From: Balanoglossus misakiensis
Taxonomy: Eukaryota > Animalia > Hemichordata
Assembly (NCBI GenBank): GCA_040954595.2
Contig: CM082597.2
Coordinates: 4,407,244 to 4,471,243 of the forward strand
Length of the DNA stretch: 64,000 bases
Reading direction: 5' to 3'
A model generated the notes under the pieces. The model worked only from the letters and a program-made list of their open reading frames with translations, ran no database searches and was not told the origin of the DNA. The position numbers were made by a program, and so were the translations under genes. Positions 11,979 through 23,722 of the stretch are shown piece by piece. Every line of letters starts with the position of its first letter. The first letter of the stretch is position 1.

Positions 11979-14816
11979 TGCCCTTTATGTAATTTTGCTA
12001 CAGATGATACCATTGATCTTCATATTACCTTGGGAGGTTGCATCCCAGAAGTAGGTCACACAGCGACAGAAGTGTCAGAAAGCTTATACAATATGGACCA
12101 ATCAAGCAAGGAAAACAACATGACTGTTAAAGAAATAGAGAAGCGTTACAGCCACACAAAGGTCAGTCCTCCAGAAAAGGGCTCCATAAAGTATAGCATA
12201 AAATGTGCTACACCTGACGCCTTGGCAAAACTGTGGAAATCCTACCAGAATGGCGAATTGCGTCACTTGGTTCAGCGGACCTTGGTGACTAAAAAGATGT
12301 TACAGAGAACACATGCGATGTCCATGACACTGAGAGTCAGCATTGACGACAGTGAATACAGAAAGTGTCTCCGAAAATTGAAAGGTAAGAAAATAAATAA
12401 ATTTAGCATAAAATCATATTTCAGTTATAGTAGGGAATTCACATGTGGCATGAAGTGCCCACTTTTTAAAAAAATGGTCTACGGGTGCATCCGATTAAGA
12501 AAATCTATTTTGCCTACGTACATGTCTTCTGTCTACTTGACTGTACACTGACATAGCAACCATGGAAAGGAAATACAATAACTAGTTTTCGAATCATGAG
12601 ATCAAATAATGTATCTAAAACAGTCTAGGAACAATGACACTTAAAGCTAAATGCTCTGACAGCAAACAACATAGCTTTGTTCGCATCATAACAGTAACTA
12701 TCAATTGGGTATATCAATTCTTGCTACCTTAAATATTTTTTTTCTACCTGGCTGAGAGTGAAAATCTCATATGGCCAACACAATATCAAGGGGGCATGTT
12801 AAGGAAGTTGAAGTTCATAAGCCAAAATGATGTTGGATCATTCTGTGACAACATGTGAAACAAGTTGAATATGCTAACTAAAAGACAGACATTTTTAACC
12901 AAAGAATGTTATGAAATACAGTTAACATTCATTTCTTCAAACTCTTACTAGTGAGTTGTTGACCCTTTTACCCTCAATACAATTATTATAATGGGATTTG
13001 ACCACCTAGCAAAAGTAAAACCTTCTTAAGGTGGCAAGAATTTTGTCCTGTCGTAGACCAAATGACAATGAAAGTAAGCATCTCTGTACTGGTACAATAC
13101 AGTGGTGGGTCTAATGCAGACTGGCTTGATATAAGTTCTGCAGGATATACGGTACATCCGTCAACATTATACCACTTGCATGTAAAAGTACCTTACTCAT
13201 CAGATATTTCCACTGTTGAAACATCAAGTTGAGATTGACCCACCATCCTTGTAGTTACATTAGCCCCAATATAATGATACTTGTTCAGATTATATACTTT
13301 TCAATGGAAAGTAGAACTTAAGGTATTATTTCTGACAGGTATGCCGAAGACTGATCTAACTGATTCAAGTGGTACAAGCACTGGTGACAGAGAAGAGATA
13401 ACAGGAGAACTTTCTGCTGAGCGGGAAGGCAAGAAAGAAAGAATTAGGGACGTCACAAGTGAAGTAGAAGTTCTTACCAAAGAGAAGAAAGATCTGTCCG
13501 AAAAATTGCGAGTACTGGAAGGCGAGAAAGAAAGTTACGGGGAGCAAATTTCGATCATCGAGACGAAAACAGAAACCATTAGCAAAGAGAAGGAATTGCT
13601 GTTAAGTAAGATTACTGACTTATCCGAGCAAGTGCGCACAATGAAGCCAAAGGTGGACTATATACACGGTAAGTCGGTTACAAATATAGGAAAAACCTAT
13701 CTGCCATATATCATAAATAAGACTAATTGTTATATATTAAAATCGTTGTACATGTTGAAATGCAATTAATGAATTTAGCAATCAAACAAGCACTCGACAG
13801 ATCAGTAGGTCAATATTAAAGCAGCACATCTCAGAAAACTGTGTAATAATACTGATAAAAACAATTCATCTTTTAGCTGTTTCAGTCTTCAAGCCATGTG
13901 TAGTAAGCGAAAATTGAATTGAAATCGTTGACATAACATAAACGTAGTGTACAAAACCTATTTATGTTGAATTCAGTATTTATTTTTTGTTTTTGCTCAA
14001 GACACCTTTGAAATGACTATTCTTGGCGGCCCAGGCAAGCATCCGGGACAGTTCAATCACCCAAGCGGGATAGCGGTCAATCAAGATGGAAACTTGGTCA
14101 TTGCTGATAAATCAAATCGCAGGGTCCAGGTTATAGGTTGGAACAACGTATTCAAACATGAATATGCACCCCAACCTAAGGACAAAGAGGTTTTCAGACC
14201 TAGGGATGTGGCCGTTTCTGTAAGAGGCACTTATTTTGTAACCGATCATGGGAAATGGCAAATCGTGGTCTGCAATGAAAAGAATGAGGTTGAGAATTCG
14301 TTTGGCGAGGACATAGACCCCTATGGCATAACTCTGACAAAGGATGACCATGTTCTTGTCAATGACCGTCACAAAGACAACATAAGAAAGTACACAAAAA
14401 AGGGAGAACTTGTTGCTATGTTTGGATCTAAAGGAAGTGGCCCACGCGAGTTCAATTTCCCATGGTCGGTTGTTGAAAACAGTAAGAAACAAATTCTTGT
14501 GTCTGATCAAAATAACCACAGAGTCCAAGTGCTTGAACCAGATGGAGCATTTGTGCTTTCCATGGGTTCGGAAGGCCATGGGGAAGGTGAATTGTACAAC
14601 CCATATGGGATCGATGTCGATGATAGCGACAATGTTTACGTGTGCGACAATGGCAACAGTAGAATTGTCAAATTTTCCCCGGAAGGTAAATTCGTCAGAT
14701 ACATCGGTGAAGGGAAGGTCAGTCCCAGGTATATTGTAGTTAATAAAGACAAAGGTCCTCTAAGAGTAGCGGTCACTGACTGGCAGGATAACTGCATCAA
14801 AGTGTTCATGGTGTGA
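6671..14816 (+). CDS. Multidomain protein: degenerate GT4-like glycosyltransferase + low-complexity linker + TRADD-N-like domain + coiled coil + NHL repeats (~1,080 aa)
   Basis: Exons: 6671-6688 (MASVGK, tentative start exon), 7548-8865, 9066-9122, 9453-9530, 9941-9997, 10753-10809, 11143-11220, 11575-11640, 12004-12384, 13339-13668, 14002-14816. All have canonical AG/GT ends and give one continuous frame to TGA at 14814-14816. AATAAA at 15534. Confidence 0.78.
6746..7075. mobile_element. MITE-like element with ~29-bp terminal inverted repeats (TTAA-AGG start, Kolobok-like)
   Basis: ttaaagggcgacgatcgtcttatgcgcatgtgc (6746-6778) pairs with gcacatgcgcatgagacgatcgtcgacct (7043-7071). Confidence 0.65.
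7548..8865 (+). CDS. Single 1.3-kb exon encoding a GT-B/GT4 (glycosyltransferase group 1)-like domain
   Basis: N-terminal VLIINENWGLGYSDGIPSVNRLIA, then EPNPDWLY, FVFGYSLTTAEAAVKIKQ, VVSVGENVYQHY and CHLALP...RALSLGTPLVL. These follow the motif order recalled for GT4-like domains of amphioxus and coral immune proteins. Acceptor ccttcag at 7541-7547, donor gtaat at 8866. Confidence 0.75.
8224..8330 (+). repeat. In-frame coding minisatellite (21-nt and 12-nt units; KDYKAIR/KAIR)
   Basis: Perfect aaggactacaaggccatccgc and aaggccatccgc units translate as DYKAIRKDYKAIRKAIRKDYKAIRKAIRKDYKAIR. Confidence 0.95.
9000..11230 (+). repeat. Three tandem copies of a ~810-875 bp unit, each with a 57-nt and a 78-nt micro-exon
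   Basis: 57-nt exons start at 9066, 9941 and 10753 (EEGSE.SDV.DDK.G). 78-nt exons start at 9453, 10321 and 11143. Intron sequences are also homologous between copies (e.g. gacgaaagtctcaggc, aaaatggttaactcataccaacac). Confidence 0.92.
10321..10398 (+). pseudogene. Pseudo-exon: inactivated second copy of the 78-nt linker exon
   Basis: The acceptor reads cctcttgtAA, where copies 1 and 3 have cctcttgtAG. The reading frame also contains TGA (tt gaa aaa TGA). Confidence 0.85.
11838..11979 (+). repeat. (TTTC)n/(TC)n polypyrimidine microsatellite
   Basis: Directly visible. It ends about 25 nt upstream of the acceptor at 12002-12003. Confidence 0.97.
12004..12384 (+). CDS. Exon encoding a TRADD-N-like domain
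   Basis: KGSIKYSIKCATPDALAKLWKSYQNGELRHLVQRTLVT...TLRVSIDDSEYRKC fits the recalled pattern GS....C.T..AL..LW..Y..G.L...L...LVT....L.V.I....Y..C seen in invertebrate death-domain and NLR proteins. Phase 1-1 exon. Confidence 0.65.
14002..14816 (+). CDS. Terminal exon: NHL-repeat six-bladed beta-propeller (TRIM2/3/71-like)
   Basis: Repeated NHL motifs: GQFNHPSGIAVNQDGNLVIADKSNRRVQV, FRPRDVAV, PYGITLT, EFNFPWSVVENSKKQILVSDQNNHRVQV, ELYNPYGIDVDDSDNVYVCDNGNSRIVKF. Confidence 0.93.
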
Positions 14817-16424
14817 GACAACGGCGCTTAACGACATGAGTGACGATTTGCATTTGTAGCATTTCATGGGGTTTATATCCAGACTGTACAGTTCAAAATT
14901 GTAGACAGATATTTTAAACAATGTGTGATTATTGAACTCTTGTAAGAAGTGACCGTCCAATACTGCATGAATTTGTTCGTCATGATATATTTGATAATGC
15001 TTAAGTGGGTATGTGTCCACACGTGTAAATACCGGTATATCCACTAGACTACACGGGAAGCGATGTACACAGTTTGATAGTTATTTTGGAAATGCTTGTG
15101 AGTTTTGCTGATGGATTTACCAGGTGCGCTATGAACGTAATGCATTGCCTGTCATGTAAATAATAACTGTTAGGCCATTTTGGCCCATGCTTGTAAACAT
15201 TGTGTTCTCTTGTATGGGAAATGCTGCATAGACTCAGTGCAGAAGTATTCTTGGATTTTGTTGAAAAGTCTATTCTGTGTTACCACTCTTGTATATGTTT
15301 TTTGTGCAAGACTTCTCATTGAGTACTGGTCTAACTTTCATTTATACTGTCATGTAAACGTCTTCTGACTGTTAAGAGTGTTTCAGTTGCTGTAAAATTT
15401 TGACTGTTATGGAGGAGACATGAGATTTATGACCCCTGAGAATGTAAATATTTCGAATTTGAAGATTGTTGAACTGCAGGCAAAAGAAGTGACAAAAGTG
15501 CCAACCTGGCAGTGAAATAAGAAAGTAATGTGAAATAAAAGGACATGCACATGCATGTGAATATGAAAGTATGGTATCATGTCATATATAAAGTATATCA
15601 ACATACATGTAATAACATTTGTGAGCAGAGTGAAAACAACAGAATGTTAATTGCAAACACATATGATAATACTGATGCTGATGAACTAACTCTTCTCAGA
15701 GCAATCTTCTTCTTGCTTCTGTGTAATTCACATTCTTTTAAGGTCATTCACCTGAGTTGATTATTACAAAAGTTTCATGTGGAAAAGTACTCGTGTGAGG
15801 GCGCTTGTGCATACATGTAGTTGCTGATATTGTCATGACTTAGGATCAAACGCTAAAAGTCCAATGATTTTGTCCACTGAGATTCTGTTACCATCTCCTT
15901 GTTAGACTCTGAAACCAGTTTGGTCAAAAGCGCGGTGTAATTCCCCAAAACGATCCATAGGCGTAGCAACGGGCAAAAAGGTATGGGTTCCCCATCTTCA
16001 GACTAAGTAAGGTTATCAATTGTGTGTATTCTTCGGAAGTTGTTCTCAATAGGATCCTTCGTGCGTTCAGTACAGTAAGGATATCAAACTCGGTTCTGTA
16101 TTTTCTCTCACTCCACATGCAAAGATTCGCCAATATGCAAATATACTTCAACTAAAATTTTACTATTCTGTGACTTACTGAGCAATCGTTACTTTATGAC
16201 ATCACTATTTGCAGCACCTATTAAAATGTTTTACAGAAATTGTTGATATATTAGTGTCATGTTTGCTCATATAAAAGATAAACGTCACCAGCTGCGGCCC
16301 ACGCCATTACTGCGTATAATGTCAGATGGCAGTGCGTTGCTCCATCATATATAAGTCATAACGCACACACATTTGATGGTCGTGCAGGAGGCACTGTTCA
16401 GATGGTATATTATCTCCCTACGCT

Positions 16425-18236
16425 ATGCGCACAGTCACCCGTTTCGCACTATGTGGTCTCATTGCCTTCGGCTATCTCTTCTGGACCTTGCTGCAAAAAC
16501 TCGTCATAAATCACCCGAAGAAGCCAAATATCATCTTTATCCTTGCAGATGATCTGGGTAAGGGTATAATATTGATGTCTAGTCTTTGATTTTGTGCGAA
16601 ATATGATTTCAATATCACTACCTTGTTATCGTTCATAAACTTGAGGAAGTATTCCATACGTTTAATGTTAGCTGAATGTCAACTATAGCACTGAAGTACA
16701 AAATAGTGAAAATAACACGTTGTTTCTTTGAATATGCATGCAATGTGATACATAACTGAATTGTGAGACTTTATTAAAGCAATTTCAAACTGACATCAGA
16801 AATAATGAATTTTTTTAAACGTCTAGAGAAGGTCAAGGAAGATTTGTCATTGTCTTTTCAAAACTTACGTTAACCGTAGTGGTGTGATATTGTCATCTCC
16901 TGAGTTGACCAAGAAATTGAATCATGTGTATCCTGATTGAGTTTATAAGTGAAATAAGAATGGTGACGACAATGCCTGTATGGGCAAATCGTTAATTCAA
17001 AGTCATAACTGCCACATCGTATGTGTATCGATAGTACACCCGTCATTCATGGTTTTATTTCAGTTTAATTTTCAAAATAATTCACGACGTGCATCATGAG
17101 TTGAATGGATAGTCATACAAGCTCTAGTATCACATCTCCTATAGACACAACGTGTAAAATCCTCCATTATTTCTCAGTAGCACAGGAAATAACCCTTAGG
17201 AATAAAAATAACTGAGGTAAATTTGACTCGTGAGTTGAAAAATAGGCAAATAATATCAAACAGCAAGTTGACATTGTTGACTATCATGTATTTGCATAAT
17301 GGCCATCAGTTACACCTGCCATGGTTTTGTTGTCATCACACTAATGCCACATGTCAGTTATATCTGGCGCGGTGTTTGCAGAATCCAGACTGAATAAATA
17401 CCGCATCTCAATGCTTAAACCTTTGCAGTCATGGAAACACATGAAACTGGAATCTCACAGAGGCTGCGAAAAATTCACTTTTGTCATTATTGACACATTA
17501 ATTATGTTTTATACATTTGTTCTTTTGATAGGATGGGGTGACATTGGTTACAATAATCCTTTCGTAATCAGTCCTAACATCGATTCTCTTGCCAGAGAGG
17601 GCATTATCTTAAACCAATCGTATGTTTCACAATCGTGTGGTCCGTAAGTATTAATTGTCGTCTGTAGATCTCTTTTTAGGTAGTACTATGTAACCACACA
17701 AAGAAAGGATGTTATGAATATTAGAAACAAGATTACTTTCATTACAGATCAAGAGCAGCTTTGATGACTGGTTACTATTCCTATCGTCTTGGATTCCAGG
17801 TACGTAAAAATCTATGATCTAGTTCTTTTGGTAGCAAATGATGTTATCAGAGAGAGAGGGAGAGATTTCCATCTGATATTATATTATGCTATACTGATGG
17901 AAGCATAATGGAATTAAACACAAAAATAGAATCTGAAAACACAGATAGTGAACACTTTTCAGCCATATAACTTTGGAAACTATCATTTTATTCTTGCAAG
18001 AGTTTTACCCACTGTCACCATATCATTCTCAGGCAGGTGGTCTATGGAATAGAATGCCATTTGGAGTGCCATTAAAGAATACACTACTTCCGAGGAAACT
18101 ACGCCAACTCGGCTATTCTACCTATATGGTGGGAAAGTAAGTATTGTGCAATGAACAAAACAAATGAAAGAATGAACTAAGAAATGAATGATTGAATGAG
18201 AGGTTGAGTGTATGTATGTATGTATGTATGTATGTA

Positions 18237-18267
<31 letters not shown>

Positions 18268-21200
18268 ATGTATGTATGTATGTATGTATGTATGTATGTA
18301 TGTATGTATGTACGGTATGTATCTATGGTACATGTATTAAATACCAAGTATTTGGGTAAGAAACACTTTCCTTGGTTAGTCTTTTTTAACCTCCAATCAA
18401 CAGATGGCATTTGGGATTTTGTAAGGCAGAATACCTTCCAACAAGGCGTGGTTTTGACAAGTTTTATGGCTACTATCTTGCTTCTGGTGATCACTTCACC
18501 CACAGAGGTGGTAAGTGCTTTGTTGGCAAGTTATATTAATCCTCCAGACTGAAATATCTACTCAATATTCAAGCCATAAGATGTAGATGTCCGATGAGGG
18601 ATGCTGCTCAATAGCAAACACTCCCATTAATTTGCATATGTCAGTTTCCCAACAACAGTGTACATATGTTCATTTTAACTTGGGTATTCCCTCATATTAT
18701 TTTCTACTTACTTAAAACTTAAGTCTTTATTTTCTTGCCTGCTTGCTTAATGTCATATTTTTAATACTGATGTTTCTGTAAACAGCCAGGTATCTTGACC
18801 TTCATGATGACCTTGATCCTGATTGGGGGCAGAACGGGACATACTCATCAGTGAGTAACAAATACACTTATTGACTCAAAGCAAAAGATCACATCTAGAG
18901 TATAAAGATTACAATGAAAACAAATTGACTCGTCAAGAAGGAACGTACTGACCATCAACCTAACAGAGTAAAAGGAAACATGTTGTATAATTTTGCAATT
19001 AAAAGCCACTTCAGGTCTATACTGCAATCAATGCTTTAGTTTATATAAAACCCTAAACTAAACAACTAACATATGTATTGAATCCATCTCTCAACACCCT
19101 TTATTACTTCGCAGTACCTGTTCACTGACAAGGCTGTGGAAATGATCAAGAATCACGACACAACCAAACCTTTCTTTTTATATCTTGCTTATCAAAATGT
19201 CCATTCCCCAATACAGGTAGGCAACTTAAGTACAATGTAATATGTTGTTCCATTAATTAAATAGTGAATTAAATTAAATTGAATTAAATTAATGTATTAA
19301 CTGGTATATTGTTTGATGCTCTACTATTATCTGACACAGCCAACAGATGCCATATTCGCACATTCACGTCTTTCAGTGTCCTTATTCGTGTAGTTTCTTT
19401 CATAAACACACATTTTGCTGTGATACTTGATAATAATGTGTTTCTCCTTTTTTAGGTTCCTCAAAAATATTATGACATGTATCCCTCAGTAAAGAATAAA
19501 ATTCGAAGGACAAAACTTGGTAAGAAAAATTAACAAACCCTTACTAATGTAATGTATCGGATTCTATTGTACAATATTTTTGGCAAACATGACAAATTAA
19601 TTATATTTCCTTGTCAAAATCCATTTACAGGTATGGTTACAGCCATGGATGATGGCATTGGAAAACTGGTAAACGCCTTAAAGCAAAACGGACTGTGGGA
19701 AAATACTTTGGTAGTATTTTCATCAGATGTAAGTTCATTATGCTAGCACCTAAAGTTGAAATGAATATGTGTGGGACAAAGCCACAGCAACCAGAGGTGT
19801 TGTTGCATTGATTTCCTTAGTCGTTTGAATTCTTGGGTCAACAATGTTTTGACTAACCATCAGTTACTTGAATGTTTTTAAAAGTATTTGAAACCTACAA
19901 ACCAATTTTTTGACACATCTGTTTACAAACATCAAGGTATGATGTATCAGCCCATGTTTTTAATTATATTTCATATCCTTGGTACAGAATGGCGCACCAC
20001 AGAACAACCTGTATGAGGGAAGCAATTGGCCACTTTTAGGCACAAAGCAGACACTGTTTGAAGGTGGCACCCGAGCTGTTGGATTTATTCATGGTAACAT
20101 GCTAGAAAAGACCGGATATATAAACGATGGGTCAGTATTATATCATCCAATTAGTTCATAGTGAGCCTTCACACAAGCATACTTTTAATTTTTCCATAGG
20201 TTATAGATACATTTGCTGTATTATACATAGTTCATACACGTAATTTGACTTGTTCATCTGGGTTTCATTCCAGATGATATAGCTACACAGTTGTCTATAC
20301 GAATTACATAAGACACTATACTATCATATGTTGTGAAATTCTTTCATATCATAGGATGGTTCATATTGTGGACTGGTACCCAACCCTTATGAGCGTTGCA
20401 GGTGGAAAGATTAAAGGTAGACTATATTTATGCAATAGTACAGTCATACAGATTATGCGCCTACGCAACCGGGATGATGACCATATTGTGATTTTATACT
20501 GCGTTGTGTTTACTCTACCACAATCTCATGGGCGCCATTTGTCAATCCACCCTACATACAGACACACCACACAAAGAAATAACTTAATTGCATACAGCAA
20601 TATAAAACATGGTTTACAATCAAATTGTATCCATACATGTATTATGTTCTGTATAATACTGCAGAGTAACTCAGAAATTGAGCAGTAATCCTGCAGATGT
20701 TTTAGTATACATTACATTAAATCAATCATCTGTCAAAACAGCGAACCTTACATACATACACATATACATACACATTAATACATATACCGGTACATACACG
20801 CACAGACCATTCCGAAGGACAAATTATCACATAAATAATATTCCTGGCATCCTTTCAGATAAAGAAATGGATGGCATTGATGTGTTTAATGCTTTATCTA
20901 CAAATGCACCATCACCAAGAAAAGAAGTGGTTTATAATATTATAAAGGAGTGGGATTTATCAGCGATTAGGTGAGGTTTACTCTTTAAGCTATTAGTGGT
21001 GGGATACACATAGTCATTAATCATTTATAATGTGACAATGGTTATTGACATACATGTAAATGTTCAGACTTTTTCATCATATTGATGGCAAGAATGTTTT
21101 ATCAATAAAAACATTCTAAAAGTACATCATATATGCAAAATTTGACAATTCTACAACCGGTGCTGGATTTGCCAACAGGTATGGTGACTTCAAGCTGCTT

Positions 21201-22080
21201 GTATTAGGTGGTTCTCGTGGCCTCCAAGGTATGTACAAATTAATATATCTAATCATGAATCTTTAGCAACAAAATTAAAGGAAAGTGGAATTCTGTCACA
21301 ATGTTTTCAAGATGTCTGAGTGAAAGCAACATCTAACATAGAAAACAATTCTATTCAAATTTAGGGGTTCATCAGAAAGTGCCATTTGACATAGCTGATA
21401 AATCTATTTCAATGGCACAGCATATAAATGCCCATTTGAAAGATCTTTGGAAATCAAAATATCCTGAGAACATGATAGTATAACACACATGTACCGGTAT
21501 ACTGTCAACGTCATCATCAAATTTGGTTTTATACTTTCAGCATGTTGGGCTCCACCACCGGAAGCACAAGGGAAGTATGGGAAAGAAACTTGTGTGAAAC
21601 ATGAACATGGTGAATATCTCTTCAACATAAAAGGTATTTACAGACATTAATCATTATTAGTAATACTATTTTCAGCAGAATCCTCATTATAGCTAGCAGT
21701 GTACTGACATTTGTTTTATAGAGAACACAAAAACCTGCCATATGATCAATATGACCACCTACAGTCTCATACATTGATTATGTCTAAAGATATTATTTGC
21801 AAATGGCAAATAATTAAATTTATATTCAGATATAAAGAATCATACATGATAAATCAATTCATCATAAGTTTGCTCTAATTCACAAAATATAATCATATCC
21901 ACAGACGACCCACAGGAACGATTCAACCTCGCCACAAAATTTCCCGACAAAGTAGCAGAGCTGAGAGAAAGACTGGCAGAAAAGGGACGACTAGCTGTGC
22001 CGGCCTTTAAGAGGTCAATGACGCGGATGGAAGCAAATCCAGACAACTTCGAGGGAGTCTGGTCCCCTGGCTGGTGCTGA
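16425..22080 (+). CDS. Arylsulfatase B-like sulfatase, copy 1 (15 exons)
   Basis: MRTVTRFALC...[18 protein letters not shown]; SCGPSRAALMTG (formylglycine motif); MVGKWHLG; QNVHSP; FSSDNG; NWPLLGTKQTLFEGGTR; ends WSPGWC-TGA. All introns are GT-AG and the frame is intact. TATA-like box ~16347, AATAAA 22161. Confidence 0.93.
18208..18310 (+). repeat. (TATG)n/(TG)n microsatellite, sulfatase 1 intron 4
   Basis: Directly visible. Confidence 0.97.
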
Positions 22081-23722
22081 CAATGTCAGCTGTTTGGATA
22101 ATCTTGTTTGATATGTATTGCCGTTTCTCAACAACTTTGTAAAGTTACAAACATGAGAAAAATAAAACAAAATTAAGGAAGTCCCAGACAAACTGTCTTG
22201 TTCCAGTCATTGAACGGGGATATCAAAACATCGAATCACGTGAAAGAATGATACACTAATTCTACATGTTAAAATTGCCACAAGTGTTGTCAACATCGAA
22301 CAAGCGATATACTTTGGGGAATATTAGTTAATCGCCATTGAAGTTTACAAAAGTAAAGTATTGAAGAGCTTTAATCTCTTACTATAGTGTCACATTAAAG
22401 TAGGGTATTATACAAATCTGCCTTAAGTGACGAACTAATAGTTTGATGCAAAATTCAACAAAGACCAAGTATGGAATAATGAATCGACATGACCAAGGAA
22501 GTCAGGAATGTTTCAGGTATAAGTGTTTACAAAACAGCTTTGCAGGCCATACAATCTGTTACAATCTCAAGGACCTGGTAAACCTGTTGACATAGTAAAA
22601 TGACTGCCCAAAGGAAATACAGAAATAAACGTTTGATCATGTATGATACATCCATGCACTCGTGGTACTTTCAAACAGTTATTTCATCCAACCCATTACC
22701 ACCCATAAAAGATAAAATACACAAACCACAATTATGCATGCTACTATCACAAAAACTGAAAAAAATGTCATATTACTTACAAGGTTGCTATGAAATTTTA
22801 TAAATGATTTTAAGTCAGGGCGCCACCACATGGTGAGATCAACTCTCTTATCACATAAATTTTAGAACATACGCTTATTTTAAGTCAGGGCGTCACCTAG
22901 TGGCAACGCCGACTCGATTTAAGCTCTTAATGGGCAGTCATTCTCCTGTAGAAAACATTCCAATAAGACTTGAACATAGAACAAATCTATGCCTGGTCTG
23001 TTACAATTGAAATTGAATAATTTAATGAGAATCTTGGAATACACTTCAAAGAGTGAACGTTAATTCACACGTGCGGTTTGAAAGTATTTTATCAATTCGG
23101 ACTTTCTCTGTAATTCTACCATATACCAGTATGTCATTAATTAAATCCACTATCCTGTAGATCAGAAATTTGGGTTATTGCCATAGATAAACCATTCTGA
23201 CAGTTTATAGAATCTCACACACCAAAACACATGGCATGATTTTGCATAACCCTCGTTCATTGTATTTATGGGAAAAGGGTCAGGCTAATTAATAACATGT
23301 GTCACTGGAGTGCCAGATTATTATTATACATGTACAGGTATGTTTGCTTTTATTTTATAATACTATTTGAATGAGCAGTTGTTGCCATTGATTTAACACA
23401 CTGCAATCAAGCTGTGATGCCATTTGTAACACTCAATGAATGCTTTATTGGTTTGTAAAAGTAAACTTTTCCTAAACTGTAATTTATCACCTTGCTCCAA
23501 TAATGTTTGAACGTATACTTTGCCTATGGATGTAATAAGATGCATCACATTTACCATGGGAACCCAGTAATGACACAGTTTCAATGTGTGTTCGTGTGTT
23601 GGCATGTCATTTCTTGGGGTGGGCGTGTCAGCTTAAAAGCTAATACCTATGATTTGTATCTTGGTGAAAAAGTCTCTCACCTAGTCGGAATCACTTCAAA
23701 GCAGCTCCCACTGTATAAAACG

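Noticed and set aside
11807-12003. KKER-repeat ORF, and the FFLS-rich N-terminus of ORF 11835-12551
   Set aside because: Translation of the (TTTC)n tract. The true exon begins at 12004.
18118-18552. ORFs of YIHT/MYVC repeats (also 41621-42055 and 60172-60405)
   Set aside because: They are translations of (TATG)n microsatellites inside introns.
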